Assembly (NCBI GenBank): GCA_030429765.1
Contig: JAUIER010000021.1
Location: forward strand, 1,619 to 65,618
Length of the DNA: 64,000 nt
Direction of reading: 5' to 3'
DNA from: a bacterium
Lineage (GTDB): Bacteria > Omnitrophota > Gorgyraeia > Zapsychrales > Zapsychraceae
Position 1 is the stretch's first letter; each line of letters begins with the position of its first letter. The notes under the pieces are model-generated. The model made no database searches. It was not told where the DNA came from and saw only the letters and a list, made by a program, of their open reading frames with translations. Of the stretch, positions 9,870 to 19,756 are shown piece by piece. The position numbers were made by a program, and so were the translations under genes.

Positions 9870-10461
9870 TTGACTCCTTGGAATCCTTGATCTGATCTTG
9901 TGTCGCGCTGGCCGCTTCCGGATCAGGCTTAAGTGACTGCAGATGCTGAATGTAGGCGACGACCGCCCAGCGATCTTCCGGGGACAACTGATTGGCATAA
10001 CTGGCCATCACACCGCGTCCATTGGTTATCACGTCATAAAAGTGTCCCGCCTCGGCCTGCCGCAGCCGTCGGTCATAAAATGACGGCGGTTGATTGAATC
10101 CGCGCTCGACCACCAGTCCGTTACCGCTCCCGGTCGGGCCATGGCAGACAATACAGTGAATGTTGTAACGATTGTGCCCGCGAAGGATGAGCTCATCGGT
10201 GATCTTTAATGGATTTTTCCGGATCAACTGATCCTTCATCCGACCCGTAAAATAGGCCTCGTCGTCCCGTAAAAATCCGCGCGCCACCGTTCCATTGACC
10301 AATGGACGTGAGGCTCGGCCATCCTTAAAGAATGAACTCGACTCATATGGCTTATAACGATTGCCGTCACGCATGTTGTCACATCCGACCGTCGTTATAA
10401 TGAATATAAGCGACAATCCCATGAGAAGCGTGCTGATTTTATTTTTCGATAATTTCAACAT
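9853..10461 (-). CDS. actE: alternative complex III subunit ActE (monohaem cytochrome c lipoprotein)
   Basis: Signal/lipobox (TTVGC) and a single CIVCHG haem motif; position within the act operon. Confidence 0.75.
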   Translation of the reverse strand: MLKLSKNKISTLLMGLSLIFIITTVGCDNMRDGNRYKPYESSSFFKDGRASRPLVNGTVARGFLRDDEAYFTGRMKDQLIRKNPLKITDELILRGHNRYNIHCIVCHGPTGSGNGLVVERGFNQPPSFYDRRLRQAEAGHFYDVITNGRGVMASYANQLSPEDRWAVVAYIQHLQSLKPDPEAASATQDQIKDSKESNESAN

Positions 10462-10993
10462 AACTTGAACCCAAACCTTCTAAAAATGCCTGACACTTCT
10501 TGGCGTCAAATTCACCGGAATCAGCCTCCACGCACAAAAAGAATTTGTCACGCGTGACGCCTTCAAAACGATCGACCTTAAAGACCGGATGATACGGTCG
10601 CGGCAGACCATTGCGTCCGATCATGCCAAAGACGGCGGTGAACGCTGCGAAGAGGACCGCCAGCTCAAATATGATCGGAATAAATGACACCCAGCTGTTG
10701 AACGGACGTCCGCCGACATTGTACGGATAAGCGATCACCGATAGATAATACTGCAGACCAAAACCGGTCAACGCGCCGATCAATCCGCCGCAGAAAACCG
10801 CCACCAGCAAGTTCGAGGGGCGATGGCCCAACGCCTCACTGAGACCGTGCACAGGAAACGGACTATAGGCATCCATCTGCACGTATCCTTTTTTGCGGGA
10901 TTCGTTAACGGCATGGATCAGATCGTCGGATGTGCTGAACTCCGCGATTACACCATGGTAAATGGATGAATTATCTGATGCTTTCTTGGTCAT
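10439..10993 (-). CDS. actD: alternative complex III subunit ActD (membrane-anchored)
   Basis: About 190 aa with C-terminal TM helices, lying between actC and actE. Confidence 0.55.
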   Translation of the reverse strand: MTKKASDNSSIYHGVIAEFSTSDDLIHAVNESRKKGYVQMDAYSPFPVHGLSEALGHRPSNLLVAVFCGGLIGALTGFGLQYYLSVIAYPYNVGGRPFNSWVSFIPIIFELAVLFAAFTAVFGMIGRNGLPRPYHPVFKVDRFEGVTRDKFFLCVEADSGEFDAKKCQAFLEGLGSSYVEIIEK

Positions 10994-12380
10994 GATCAAT
11001 CCTGTTATGTTTTCGCTCATGCGCCAGATGCTGCAGCTCCGAAATGGCGATAATCGGCATGATGCGGATAAACATTAACGTTAAGAATAAAAATAGTCCG
11101 ATGGACCCGATATAAGTTGTCCAGTCCCAAACCGTCGGGGTATACATCCCCCATGATGACGGCAGGTAATCCCGATGGAGGCTGGTAACGACGATAATAA
11201 AACGCTCGAGCCACATGCCGGTGTTCACCACTAGCGAGATAATAAACAAGACCAGCATATTTTTACGCAGCTTCGGCGACCATAATAATTGAGGAATGAT
11301 GGCATTGCACGCAATCAGGGCCCAATAGAACGGTGCGTACGGTCCGGTCATCCGGTTCCAGATCATAAATCCCTCATACTGACTCGCGCTGTACCATCCC
11401 ATGAATGCCTCCATCGCATAGCCGTAGGTAACGATCATCCCGGTCACCAGCATAACCTTGGCCATGTTATCCATGTGCTTGTCGGTGATATAACCTTCGA
11501 GGCGATAGATCTTGCGGATCGGAATACTGAGTGTGACAACCATCGCGAACCCGGAAAAGATCGCGCCCGCGACAAAGTATGGCGGAAATATCGTTGCGTG
11601 CCATCCCGGAATGACCGAGACCGCAAAGTCAAAACCCACGATCGTGTGAACCGAAATAACCAGAGGCGCCGCCAGCCCGGCCAATACCTTGTAGGCCTTT
11701 TCATAGCGTTCCCAGTGACGTGCCGATCCCCGCCACCCCAATGAGATGACGGCGTAAATCGTCTTGACCACTTGATTCTTGGCGCGGTCACGCATACAGG
11801 CCAAATCCGGGATCAATCCAACGAACCAAAACAAGAACGAGACGGTCGCGTACGTCGATACGGCAAAAACGTCCCACAGCAGCGGGCTGCGAAACTGCGG
11901 CCAGATATCCATGGTGTTGGGATATGGAAACAACCAGTAGGCGCGGTCCGGTCGACCCACATGCAATAGTGGAAATAATCCGGCACACGCCACGGCAAAC
12001 AAGGTCATGGCCTCGGCAAAACGATTGATCGACGTGCGCCATTTCTGATGCAGTAATAAGAGAATGGCCGAAATAAAAGTCCCGGCATGTCCAATCCCGA
12101 CCCACCAGACGAAGTTGATAATCGCGAATCCCCACCCGACAGGAACATTGATCCCCCAGATACCGATTCCGTCATTAAACAACCGGTACAACGAGTACTT
12201 CAGCAGGGCCAGCATTGCGACCGCGCCGATAAATCCGATGATCCATCCACGGCGTGTCGGAGACAACACCAGGCCGGAGATTCGATCGGCGACATCGGCG
12301 TAGCTGCTGCGGTCATCATAAATCTCTGCCGCGTCGCGTACCGATGGGTCTACAGTTTTTCGTTTAGGTCGCGGGTTCAA
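10971..12380 (-). CDS. actC: alternative complex III subunit ActC (NrfD/PsrC-like quinol-interacting membrane subunit)
   Basis: 469 aa polytopic protein; start overlaps the actB stop. Confidence 0.75.
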   Translation of the reverse strand: MNPRPKRKTVDPSVRDAAEIYDDRSSYADVADRISGLVLSPTRRGWIIGFIGAVAMLALLKYSLYRLFNDGIGIWGINVPVGWGFAIINFVWWVGIGHAGTFISAILLLLHQKWRTSINRFAEAMTLFAVACAGLFPLLHVGRPDRAYWLFPYPNTMDIWPQFRSPLLWDVFAVSTYATVSFLFWFVGLIPDLACMRDRAKNQVVKTIYAVISLGWRGSARHWERYEKAYKVLAGLAAPLVISVHTIVGFDFAVSVIPGWHATIFPPYFVAGAIFSGFAMVVTLSIPIRKIYRLEGYITDKHMDNMAKVMLVTGMIVTYGYAMEAFMGWYSASQYEGFMIWNRMTGPYAPFYWALIACNAIIPQLLWSPKLRKNMLVLFIISLVVNTGMWLERFIIVVTSLHRDYLPSSWGMYTPTVWDWTTYIGSIGLFLFLTLMFIRIMPIIAISELQHLAHERKHNRIDHDQESIR

Positions 12381-15300
12381 TGCTTGCCTCCTCCATGTTC
12401 AGAATGATCATGGACCGTTACATGTGCCGCCTTGGGTTTATGAGTTTCCAGTTTTGGATTCGGATTGCGAACGCGCGCTAAATAACTCAGTCGTGGGAAC
12501 GTATTCAGCTCAGTGAGCAGGCCATAGTTCAGCGGTGATTCCTTTAGACGGCTGACCTCGCTCTGGGGATCACGGATATTTCCGAAGCTGATCGCCTCGG
12601 CCGGGCAGACAGCCTGGCAGGCGGTCACCACTTCGCCATCTTTGATATCACGATTTTCTTTCTTGGCGGTAATGCGGGCCTGGTTAATGCGCTGCACACA
12701 GAATGTACACTTTTCCATGACCCCGCGGTTACGCACGGTCACATCGGGATTGCTGCGCAGCTTGGCCGGTTCACTATGCTTGTCCGCGTACTGGAAAAAG
12801 TTGAAACGTCGAACCTTGTATGGACAGTTATTCGAACAGTAACGGGTCCCCACGCAACGGTTATAGGTCATCTCATTCAGGCCTTCATCCGAATGACCTG
12901 TCGCCTGGACCGGACAAACCGGCTCGCATGGCGCGTTCTCACAATGCATACACATCACCGGCTGATGATGAGTCGTCGGCTGATCGATCTCGCCTTCATA
13001 GTAATTATCGACACGGATCCAGTGCATCTCGCGTCCTCGACGCACTTCTTCTTTTCCGACGACCGGTGTATTGTTCTCAGATTGACAGGCCGTCACACAC
13101 GCATTGCAGCCGACACATTGATTGAGATTGACCGTCATCCCCCATTGATGCGGAGCGCGGTCGGGATGTTGGGGATACATCGACAGCTCATACCCCTGCG
13201 TCCCGTGGGCATGCGCGTGCGCAAAGTCCGGATGATGCTTGTACTCGTCGAGACTGGCGGAACGAACCAATTCCCGTCCGTGCATGCTGTGATGGATCTG
13301 CGTCGACGCGAGCCCATATTTGATCCCCAATTTGGAAATCGTCGCGCCGGAGAGTCGCCACTGATGTTCGGCTGTTTGTAATTTCGTGACATTGAAGCCC
13401 TTGTCATTGCCAAGCGCGCCACTATGCTTGCGGCCGTAGCCTAAATAGGCGCTGACCGATTGGGCGCAATGGCCCGGTACGATCCAAACCGGCAAACTGA
13501 CACGAACCTTTCCGTTGGAGACTTCGACCATATCTTCATTTTCAAGTTTGTACTTCTCTGCGGTCGCCGGACTGACTAACAAGGCGTTGTCCCAGGTGAT
13601 CTTGGTTAATGGTTTGGGCAATTCCTGAAGCCAACCGTTGTTGGCAAAACGTCCGTCCCATACCGCCGGATCCGGATTGATCACCACTTCGATCTGATCG
13701 GCCTTGGTGCTGGACGGTCGATTGAGCTTACCCAGATCATCGGCGGCAAATTCCACCCGCATCTGGACTTTCTTTGGTTTAAAAGCCGTGCGCGCGACAA
13801 ACCCGTCATGTAAAGCCTTTCGCCAAACCAGTTCAAAGTCAACCGTCTTGGATGTTGATTTCCAGTAATCACGGACAATATCATGCGCCGTCTTAGCATC
13901 GGCGGAAATCAGTCCATGCAGAAACTCGTGCACAGAAATTCCGTTGTATAACGGATGAATCAAAGGCTGCATCATGGTCACGGTGCCGTCGGATGCCCGC
14001 CCGTCTGAAAACATTTCGAGAAAATGCATGGACGGAACATGCCACTGACAGGCCATGGCGGTTTCGTCCCGGTATAATCCAAAATGAACGGTATTCGATA
14101 CTTTGCCTAAATGAGTTTCAAAAGATAGCTCTCTTGCTGTGGTATATACTGGGTTGGTGTTCAGCATGATCAGCGTGTTGACGTCACCTTTTTCCATCGC
14201 CTGAGACAAATCGCTGATCGATTCCTGCAAGAGCTGCGGATTGCTTGCGACTGGCTGAATATAATTGACCGTGCGCGACACATTGTCGAGCCGGGCATTC
14301 ATACTGTGAGCCAATGCCTGCACCCATTGCGGCGCGCGGTCGCCCGCGATCACCAGACTTTCCCCCCGATGTTTGATTAGATCTTCGGCCACGACATGGA
14401 CCCATTTGATTTCCTCGTTTGAAAGCTTTCCATCGACAATGGCGGGAAATTTGACGCCGATCTGTTGAGCGAGAGCGCAAACCATTAACGTCATGCGGTA
14501 GCTGTTTTTGGCCATCAGATGATCGGCATTGGCCCCCGTCATCGTAGGAGACGATTCTATCGCGTAGAGCCGGTTCATTTGATTGACATCGCTGTCAACG
14601 ACACGTCGTCGGGCCGTAAACTCCCGGGTGTAGCGAAGATGCCCCGGTTGATTGTCCATAAAATTAGAATCCAGCGCCAAGATGGTTCGCGCACGTTTAA
14701 AATCATAGATCGGATCAACGTACTCGCCGAAGACCATTTGCTGTGCTCGACGGGCGTCGTCACTATGGATCGCCTCATGCTGATGCCATTTGATGCCCGG
14801 AAAGGCCTTGATCACCTGCCGGATCTGACTGGCTAAGGTCGGTGACACAATCCGGTCGGTGAGTATCCGCACGCCTTTACCCTCAGAATCCTTGAGTTCT
14901 TTGCGCAGAAAGCGATATAAATTGTTGATCGAATCTGCCTGACCATCCTTCAACACCTGGTTTGAGCGGTCAGGGTCGTAGAGGCCTAACACGGCGGACT
15001 GATGAATGGCGCTCGTCGCCCCCAGACTATCGACGTGCTCGGGATTGCCTTCGATCTTGGTCGGTCGCCCCATGTGGGATTCAACCAGTAGACCTGTTGA
15101 TGAACCGTTGAACGGCATGGATGTCGCAAAGTAAAGCGGCTTGCCCGGAATGATTTCCTCCGGAGCCGTGACGTACGGCACAATTTTTTCAAGCGGTTGA
15201 CGACTGCAGCCCGGCAGCATGGTCATCACCAGCGAGGCACCCATCAATTTGAGAAAATCGCGCCGGCTCAAATCCTCTTTGGCGGTCATCGGCGCCGAAC

Positions 15301-15439
15301 CATGCGGATACTCTTCCTGCAGAAACTGATTGAATTCCTCGGTCTCGGCCAGTTCATCCAGGCTGCGCCAGAATTTTTCTCCCTGCCGATTCTGCAGTTT
15401 GGCTCGAATTTGCTGTATTGTCATTTTTTTCTTGGCCAT
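12377..15439 (-). CDS. actB: alternative complex III subunit ActB (Tat-exported molybdopterin-oxidoreductase-like domain plus 4Fe-4S ferredoxin domain)
   Basis: 1020 aa. Twin-arginine signal (SRRDFLKLMGASL). C-terminal Cys clusters CVGCNACVTAC, CMHCENAPCEPVCP, CSNNCP and CTFC. Confidence 0.85.
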   Translation of the reverse strand: MAKKKMTIQQIRAKLQNRQGEKFWRSLDELAETEEFNQFLQEEYPHGSAPMTAKEDLSRRDFLKLMGASLVMTMLPGCSRQPLEKIVPYVTAPEEIIPGKPLYFATSMPFNGSSTGLLVESHMGRPTKIEGNPEHVDSLGATSAIHQSAVLGLYDPDRSNQVLKDGQADSINNLYRFLRKELKDSEGKGVRILTDRIVSPTLASQIRQVIKAFPGIKWHQHEAIHSDDARRAQQMVFGEYVDPIYDFKRARTILALDSNFMDNQPGHLRYTREFTARRRVVDSDVNQMNRLYAIESSPTMTGANADHLMAKNSYRMTLMVCALAQQIGVKFPAIVDGKLSNEEIKWVHVVAEDLIKHRGESLVIAGDRAPQWVQALAHSMNARLDNVSRTVNYIQPVASNPQLLQESISDLSQAMEKGDVNTLIMLNTNPVYTTARELSFETHLGKVSNTVHFGLYRDETAMACQWHVPSMHFLEMFSDGRASDGTVTMMQPLIHPLYNGISVHEFLHGLISADAKTAHDIVRDYWKSTSKTVDFELVWRKALHDGFVARTAFKPKKVQMRVEFAADDLGKLNRPSSTKADQIEVVINPDPAVWDGRFANNGWLQELPKPLTKITWDNALLVSPATAEKYKLENEDMVEVSNGKVRVSLPVWIVPGHCAQSVSAYLGYGRKHSGALGNDKGFNVTKLQTAEHQWRLSGATISKLGIKYGLASTQIHHSMHGRELVRSASLDEYKHHPDFAHAHAHGTQGYELSMYPQHPDRAPHQWGMTVNLNQCVGCNACVTACQSENNTPVVGKEEVRRGREMHWIRVDNYYEGEIDQPTTHHQPVMCMHCENAPCEPVCPVQATGHSDEGLNEMTYNRCVGTRYCSNNCPYKVRRFNFFQYADKHSEPAKLRSNPDVTVRNRGVMEKCTFCVQRINQARITAKKENRDIKDGEVVTACQAVCPAEAISFGNIRDPQSEVSRLKESPLNYGLLTELNTFPRLSYLARVRNPNPKLETHKPKAAHVTVHDHSEHGGGKH

Positions 15440-15457
15440 AGTCTCTCTACACCCTCA

Positions 15458-16198
15458 TTAACGGTGGCACGCTGAACAATTCATCGGACGGTTGACTTTT
15501 TGTAATTGATACTGATTTGGATTAATCTGTGCGTCTTTATCAGCAAATTCCTCCAAAAATCTGACATATGTCGACATATCGTCGCTGGACGGATTCACCT
15601 GGGCTTGATTGGTCATTCGTGCGGAACCTGAATCCCCGGTGACCATATCAAAAACATCTTTGGGTTCCCGCCTGTTGATCTCCGGATGCCGGTGACAATC
15701 CAGACACCATTTCATCAGCAGTGTATTGTCGCGGCTGACCACCTCCATTTGATCGATTTGTCCGTGACAGGTGACACAACCGATCCCTTTGTTGACGTGA
15801 ATGCTGTGATCGAAATAGACATGATCGGGAAGGTCATGAACTCTGACCCATTCGATAGGCATATTGGAGGCCTTGCTGGCATGCAATGGAGCCAGCAGCG
15901 GACTGTCTTTTTTGACAACTGAGTGGCACTTTAGACAAGTATCCGTCGTCGGGATGCCGGCAAACGAAGAGTTCTCGACAGATGTATGACAAAACCGGCA
16001 GTCCATTTGTAATTGCCCCACATGCAGTTCATGACTGAATGGGATAGGCTGCTGTTTTTCTTTCCCCACTTGAGTATAAATGGGTGAGCGTACATACGAG
16101 TACCCCATAAATCCCAGCAACGCGACTGTGCCCGCCGCCAGTAATAAACTTAACACGGATATTTTGTTCCAGATGGGTTGTCTAAACGGATACGGCAT
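15458..16198 (-). CDS. actA: alternative complex III subunit ActA (pentahaem cytochrome c)
   Basis: N-terminal TM helix plus five CXXCH motifs (CRFCH, CLKCH, CVTCH, CLDCH, CSACH). Confidence 0.85.
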   Translation of the reverse strand: MPYPFRQPIWNKISVLSLLLAAGTVALLGFMGYSYVRSPIYTQVGKEKQQPIPFSHELHVGQLQMDCRFCHTSVENSSFAGIPTTDTCLKCHSVVKKDSPLLAPLHASKASNMPIEWVRVHDLPDHVYFDHSIHVNKGIGCVTCHGQIDQMEVVSRDNTLLMKWCLDCHRHPEINRREPKDVFDMVTGDSGSARMTNQAQVNPSSDDMSTYVRFLEEFADKDAQINPNQYQLQKVNRPMNCSACHR

Positions 16199-16267
16199 AT
16201 GCTTGTAGATATGGCATATAAGATTGATTGCACGGTTCTGATAAGCAGATCAATTTATATTAATTTT

Positions 16268-16301
16268 ATAGCACAAAAATTTGGCAGAATGATAGCACAA
16301 A
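16268..16301. promoter_or_regulatory. 10-bp direct repeat (ATAGCACAAA x2, 24 bp apart) in the AT-rich region upstream of actA; putative operator/promoter element
   Basis: Exact repeat at 16268-16277 and 16292-16301, about 70-100 bp upstream of the actA start. Confidence 0.3.
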
Positions 16302-16369
16302 TCATTTAAAATTTAAATACCTTTTATAGATAAACTCTAGGCATTATGATGATCTGCCCAACTTGTTTA

Positions 16370-17275
16370 CTAAAAATGCAGCAGCAAGTTCACGTAAAGC
16401 CGTGAATCGAGTAAGTCGTCACGGTCCGACACGGTTTCTTCCCAGGCGGCACCTAGCTGTACATTGTCGGTTAGCAGGTAACGAAATCCGGCTGCTAAAG
16501 TAAGTGTTGTTCCGACGTTGGAGGATCCCAGGTTTAATACGTCATGCCCCTCGACGCCCACGGCCACTCTTTTGCCTTCGTCAATTGTACTGATCCCGTT
16601 AAATTCCAGAATCGGATAGAACTTTGGTAAGAGTTCATAGTCAAAGTGAATCGAATAATGCAGCTGACTGGTATTATCGGATCCATCAATCGCCAGATTG
16701 GTACCGATATTTCCCTGTACACCAAATTTCCCCCAATGCTTGGCTCCACTCACAAACAAATCGATAAATCCGTCTCCATGCCCTTGCAGTGATATGCCGG
16801 AGGTATCGATATCTCCTACCGGAATCTCGTATCGAGCCCCGGCCGTAACAATGTAATCATCGACTTCACTTTGAATTAAGGCGTACTTAAAACCAATAGC
16901 GATATTCGCCCCGCCCTCGGTATCAGAGAGCACGTTACCGAAGTGAAAGTCAGCAAATCCATCCTTGGTGGCGATTAATCCCAATCGGTCTGTCAGCGCC
17001 AATCGGGCTTGCGCCGCATACAAGTTTATCTGTCCGCCGCTGGTAATCGCGTCGTCCGGAATGATTTGATACCAGTACCATAGACTCGCTTCAGTCGTAA
17101 TGTAAGGTGTCTCGTTAAACAGCGCGTTACTCAATGGAGGAACATAACGCCGTTCCATGCCCGATGTGCTGCTGAAGGAGCCGCGGTCCCAGTCCCAGGC
17201 CGCTCCGGCCGAGGATGTAAACCCCAACGAAATTAGACTGATAAAACTGCCGATGACTAGTGTTTTGAACTTCAT
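16370..17275 (-). CDS. outer-membrane beta-barrel protein (MetA-pathway/phenol-degradation-like transporter family)
   Basis: Signal peptide, alternating amphipathic pattern, C-terminal Phe. Confidence 0.45.
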   Translation of the reverse strand: MKFKTLVIGSFISLISLGFTSSAGAAWDWDRGSFSSTSGMERRYVPPLSNALFNETPYITTEASLWYWYQIIPDDAITSGGQINLYAAQARLALTDRLGLIATKDGFADFHFGNVLSDTEGGANIAIGFKYALIQSEVDDYIVTAGARYEIPVGDIDTSGISLQGHGDGFIDLFVSGAKHWGKFGVQGNIGTNLAIDGSDNTSQLHYSIHFDYELLPKFYPILEFNGISTIDEGKRVAVGVEGHDVLNLGSSNVGTTLTLAAGFRYLLTDNVQLGAAWEETVSDRDDLLDSRLYVNLLLHF

Positions 17276-17426
17276 ATCCCCCCCTGATTTGATGAATTGA
17301 TTCAGATATCGATGAATTTGATACCTATAATGCTACTTATACATGTGATTATACGTATTAGAGACCCGTTGTCAAATACTATCATTTCAATATTTTCTGA
17401 TAATACTAGTCAGGATTACTTAGGTA

Positions 17427-18476
17427 TTACCATTCCAGCGCACCACCGGTCTGATACTCTGTTACACGGGTCTCGAAAAAGTTTTTCTCCTTTTTAAGAT
17501 CAATGATCTCGCTCATCCATGGGAATGGATTTTTTGATCCATAGAAGGCTGAAAGCCTGAGCTTTTCCAAACGACGGTCGGCCAGATATTGAACATACTC
17601 TTCGATAAGATCACAATTCAAGCCCAATATTCCATTAGGCAGACATTCTTTAATATAGGCTTTTTCCAGTGTCACCGCGCTTTTAATGAAGGTGTCAATT
17701 TCGGCCTTAAATTCGTCGGTCCATATTTTGGGATTTTCATCGACGATGGCATTGATCAGTTCAATGCCGAAATTCATGTGGATGCTTTCATCGCGCAGGA
17801 TGTACTGAATTTGTTCGACAGTTCCGGGTATTCGATTCTGCCGTCCAAAGGACAACATCGTCACAAACCCCCCGTAAAAAAAGATTCCCTCCGTGATCAC
17901 ATACAGCCCCACGCAATTCTTGATAAATGTCTGGAGCCCTTTGGTTGTTTTTAGATCTTCGATGTTCATATCCAGAATACTGCTGGTGCAGCTCATGGCA
18001 TGCTCGTCTTTGTCATATATCGCCTCGACTTCCCGGTACATATTGAACATCTCCCCTTCATCGAGCGATAGGGATTGAACAATATATTGAAAGGCGTGAA
18101 CATGGATGGCCTCCTCGAAGGCCTGCCTCAATAGATATTGCCGGCATTCCGGATTGTCAACACATCGATACACGGCCAGCACGAGATTATTTCCGACGAG
18201 CGTTTCGGCAGTGGCAAAAAAGCCCAATACCCGCTTGATCACATGCCGTTCATCATCCGTGAAGGCATCCGGATTCTTCCATTGCTCTATATCCCGCTGC
18301 ATGGAGATTTCGGTCGGCATCCAATGATTCGCGCATCCATCCAGATAGAAATTCCAGGCCCATCGGTATTTAATGGGAACTAATTGATTGCAATCCACCG
18401 TGCGTCCGTTATTAATGATCCGTTTGTCGTCCGCTGAGATTCGCTGATTGGTCATGAAAAATGATTGTTTCGACAT
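17427..18476 (-). CDS. nrdB: ribonucleotide reductase beta subunit (R2), class Ic-like, with Phe in the radical-Tyr position
   Basis: Near-colinear similarity to Chlamydia R2c ([30 protein letters not shown]). F follows the EEAxHxH metal ligands where class Ia proteins have Y. Confidence 0.75.
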   Translation of the reverse strand: MSKQSFFMTNQRISADDKRIINNGRTVDCNQLVPIKYRWAWNFYLDGCANHWMPTEISMQRDIEQWKNPDAFTDDERHVIKRVLGFFATAETLVGNNLVLAVYRCVDNPECRQYLLRQAFEEAIHVHAFQYIVQSLSLDEGEMFNMYREVEAIYDKDEHAMSCTSSILDMNIEDLKTTKGLQTFIKNCVGLYVITEGIFFYGGFVTMLSFGRQNRIPGTVEQIQYILRDESIHMNFGIELINAIVDENPKIWTDEFKAEIDTFIKSAVTLEKAYIKECLPNGILGLNCDLIEEYVQYLADRRLEKLRLSAFYGSKNPFPWMSEIIDLKKEKNFFETRVTEYQTGGALEW

Positions 18477-18521
18477 AATGTCCTCCGATTGAATTCAAAT
18501 TAAGGGCATATCAAAAATGTT

Positions 18522-18683
18522 TTAAAATGGGGCTTCGGACTCGCGGGAATTCAGTTCCCGCTCAAGGATACGGATGTAATAACGGAAAACCCCCAGGATG
18601 GTCCGCAGCTTTTCCGTCTCATACGACTTGATATCGTCTTCCTTGGACTGTAACAATTTCACGAGTAGATTGAGATTCACCAT
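18522..18683 (-). CDS. small hypothetical protein (53 aa) between the Rrf2 regulator and R2
   Basis: ATG preceded by AGGAGG at a 7-nt spacer. It lies in the 290-bp gap between the two genes and is absent from the ORF track (under 60 aa). Confidence 0.4.
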   Translation of the reverse strand: MVNLNLLVKLLQSKEDDIKSYETEKLRTILGVFRYYIRILERELNSRESEAPF

Positions 18684-18769
18684 ATAGACCTCCTAGATTT
18701 CACCTCTATAAAGGTTAATCACATGTATTTATATATATTAAAGATAAAAAAATATTCCAATGGGCCGTA

Positions 18770-19162
18770 TCAAACCAAATCTTGAATGGTGGTGTTCCGG
18801 AGAAAATCCATGTAGACAGACTTGACCTGCTTCCATTTATCATGCACGGCACAAGGATGGACATCCGAGCATTTTTTGAGACCGAGCGCGCATCCTGACC
18901 AGATCGTCACATTGTCAATCGGCTCGACGATATCATACAAAGTGATCTTTTTAGGACTCTTTTTGAATTGAAATCCGCCGTGTAATCCGCGCTGCGACGT
19001 CAGAATGCCACGGCTGGCCTGGGCCTGAAGGAGTTTACTCAGGTAGTTCTGGGGGGCCCGGATTTTCTGAGCGATCGCACCTGCACCCATCCGTTGATCC
19101 CGGGGTAACCGGGCGAGTTCGGTCAGTGCGTTTATGACTAATGTGCTGGTTTTGCTTAACAT
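18770..19162 (-). CDS. Rrf2-family transcriptional regulator (IscR/NsrR-like, Fe-S binding cysteines)
   Basis: N-terminal wHTH and a C(x)nC(x)5C cysteine triad (SGCALGLKKCSDVHPC). Confidence 0.75.
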   Translation of the reverse strand: MLSKTSTLVINALTELARLPRDQRMGAGAIAQKIRAPQNYLSKLLQAQASRGILTSQRGLHGGFQFKKSPKKITLYDIVEPIDNVTIWSGCALGLKKCSDVHPCAVHDKWKQVKSVYMDFLRNTTIQDLV

Positions 19163-19248
19163 GATTTATTTAGATAACTACATGCTATTATAATCATACA
19201 TCGTTCTCTGTCAATACAGTTAACGAGATAATGCCCCAACGCAACGCT

Positions 19249-19716
19249 TTATTCGGCACTGAGATATCGACGACTGACCCGATGAATCAGCCAGATCAGC
19301 CAGATCGACCGAACAGACCACAGCCCCGTCCGGATGGTATTTGATTGCAGAAGTTTGGCATGTTGATCGGCATCAAAAACCGGATCCAGCCCATTGTGCG
19401 CGGGAACCGACATTCCCATCGTCACGATCCAAATCAAGATCACCAAACTTAAACCAAATATGGCCCCGCGGCGGGTGGTTAGGGGTTGTGGGTAGCGGAT
19501 CAGCAGTCCCGCGGTGATCAATTCGACGATCATCGGCAGCATCACCACGAGCGTGATCGCATGCAGGTGGTAATCGTGATAATCACGCCAGCCATCCCCC
19601 ACGTAGGCGAACAGCGGATAATTGACGATCTGTACCAGCCAAATCAAACCGGTTACAAAGAACGTGCAAAAGATATGTGTGATCCAAATCCAACTGCGCA
19701 TGAGATGATGCTGCAT
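19249..19716 (-). CDS. hypothetical polytopic membrane protein
   Basis: 4 predicted TM helices. Confidence 0.4.
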   Translation of the reverse strand: MQHHLMRSWIWITHIFCTFFVTGLIWLVQIVNYPLFAYVGDGWRDYHDYHLHAITLVVMLPMIVELITAGLLIRYPQPLTTRRGAIFGLSLVILIWIVTMGMSVPAHNGLDPVFDADQHAKLLQSNTIRTGLWSVRSIWLIWLIHRVSRRYLSAE

Positions 19717-19756
19717 ATAATTTTAAGGCCCGATCAGTTTGAAGATTAAAGTGAAA

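Noticed and set aside
12642-13422. Several ORFs (66-201 aa) on both strands inside actB
   Set aside because: Fully embedded in the 1020-aa ActB reading frame; GC-rich shadow ORFs
16224-16253. Possible FNR/CRP box upstream of actA
   Set aside because: The half-sites TTGAT/ATCAA are spaced 6 or 20 nt apart, not the canonical 4; recorded only as a weak regulatory candidate
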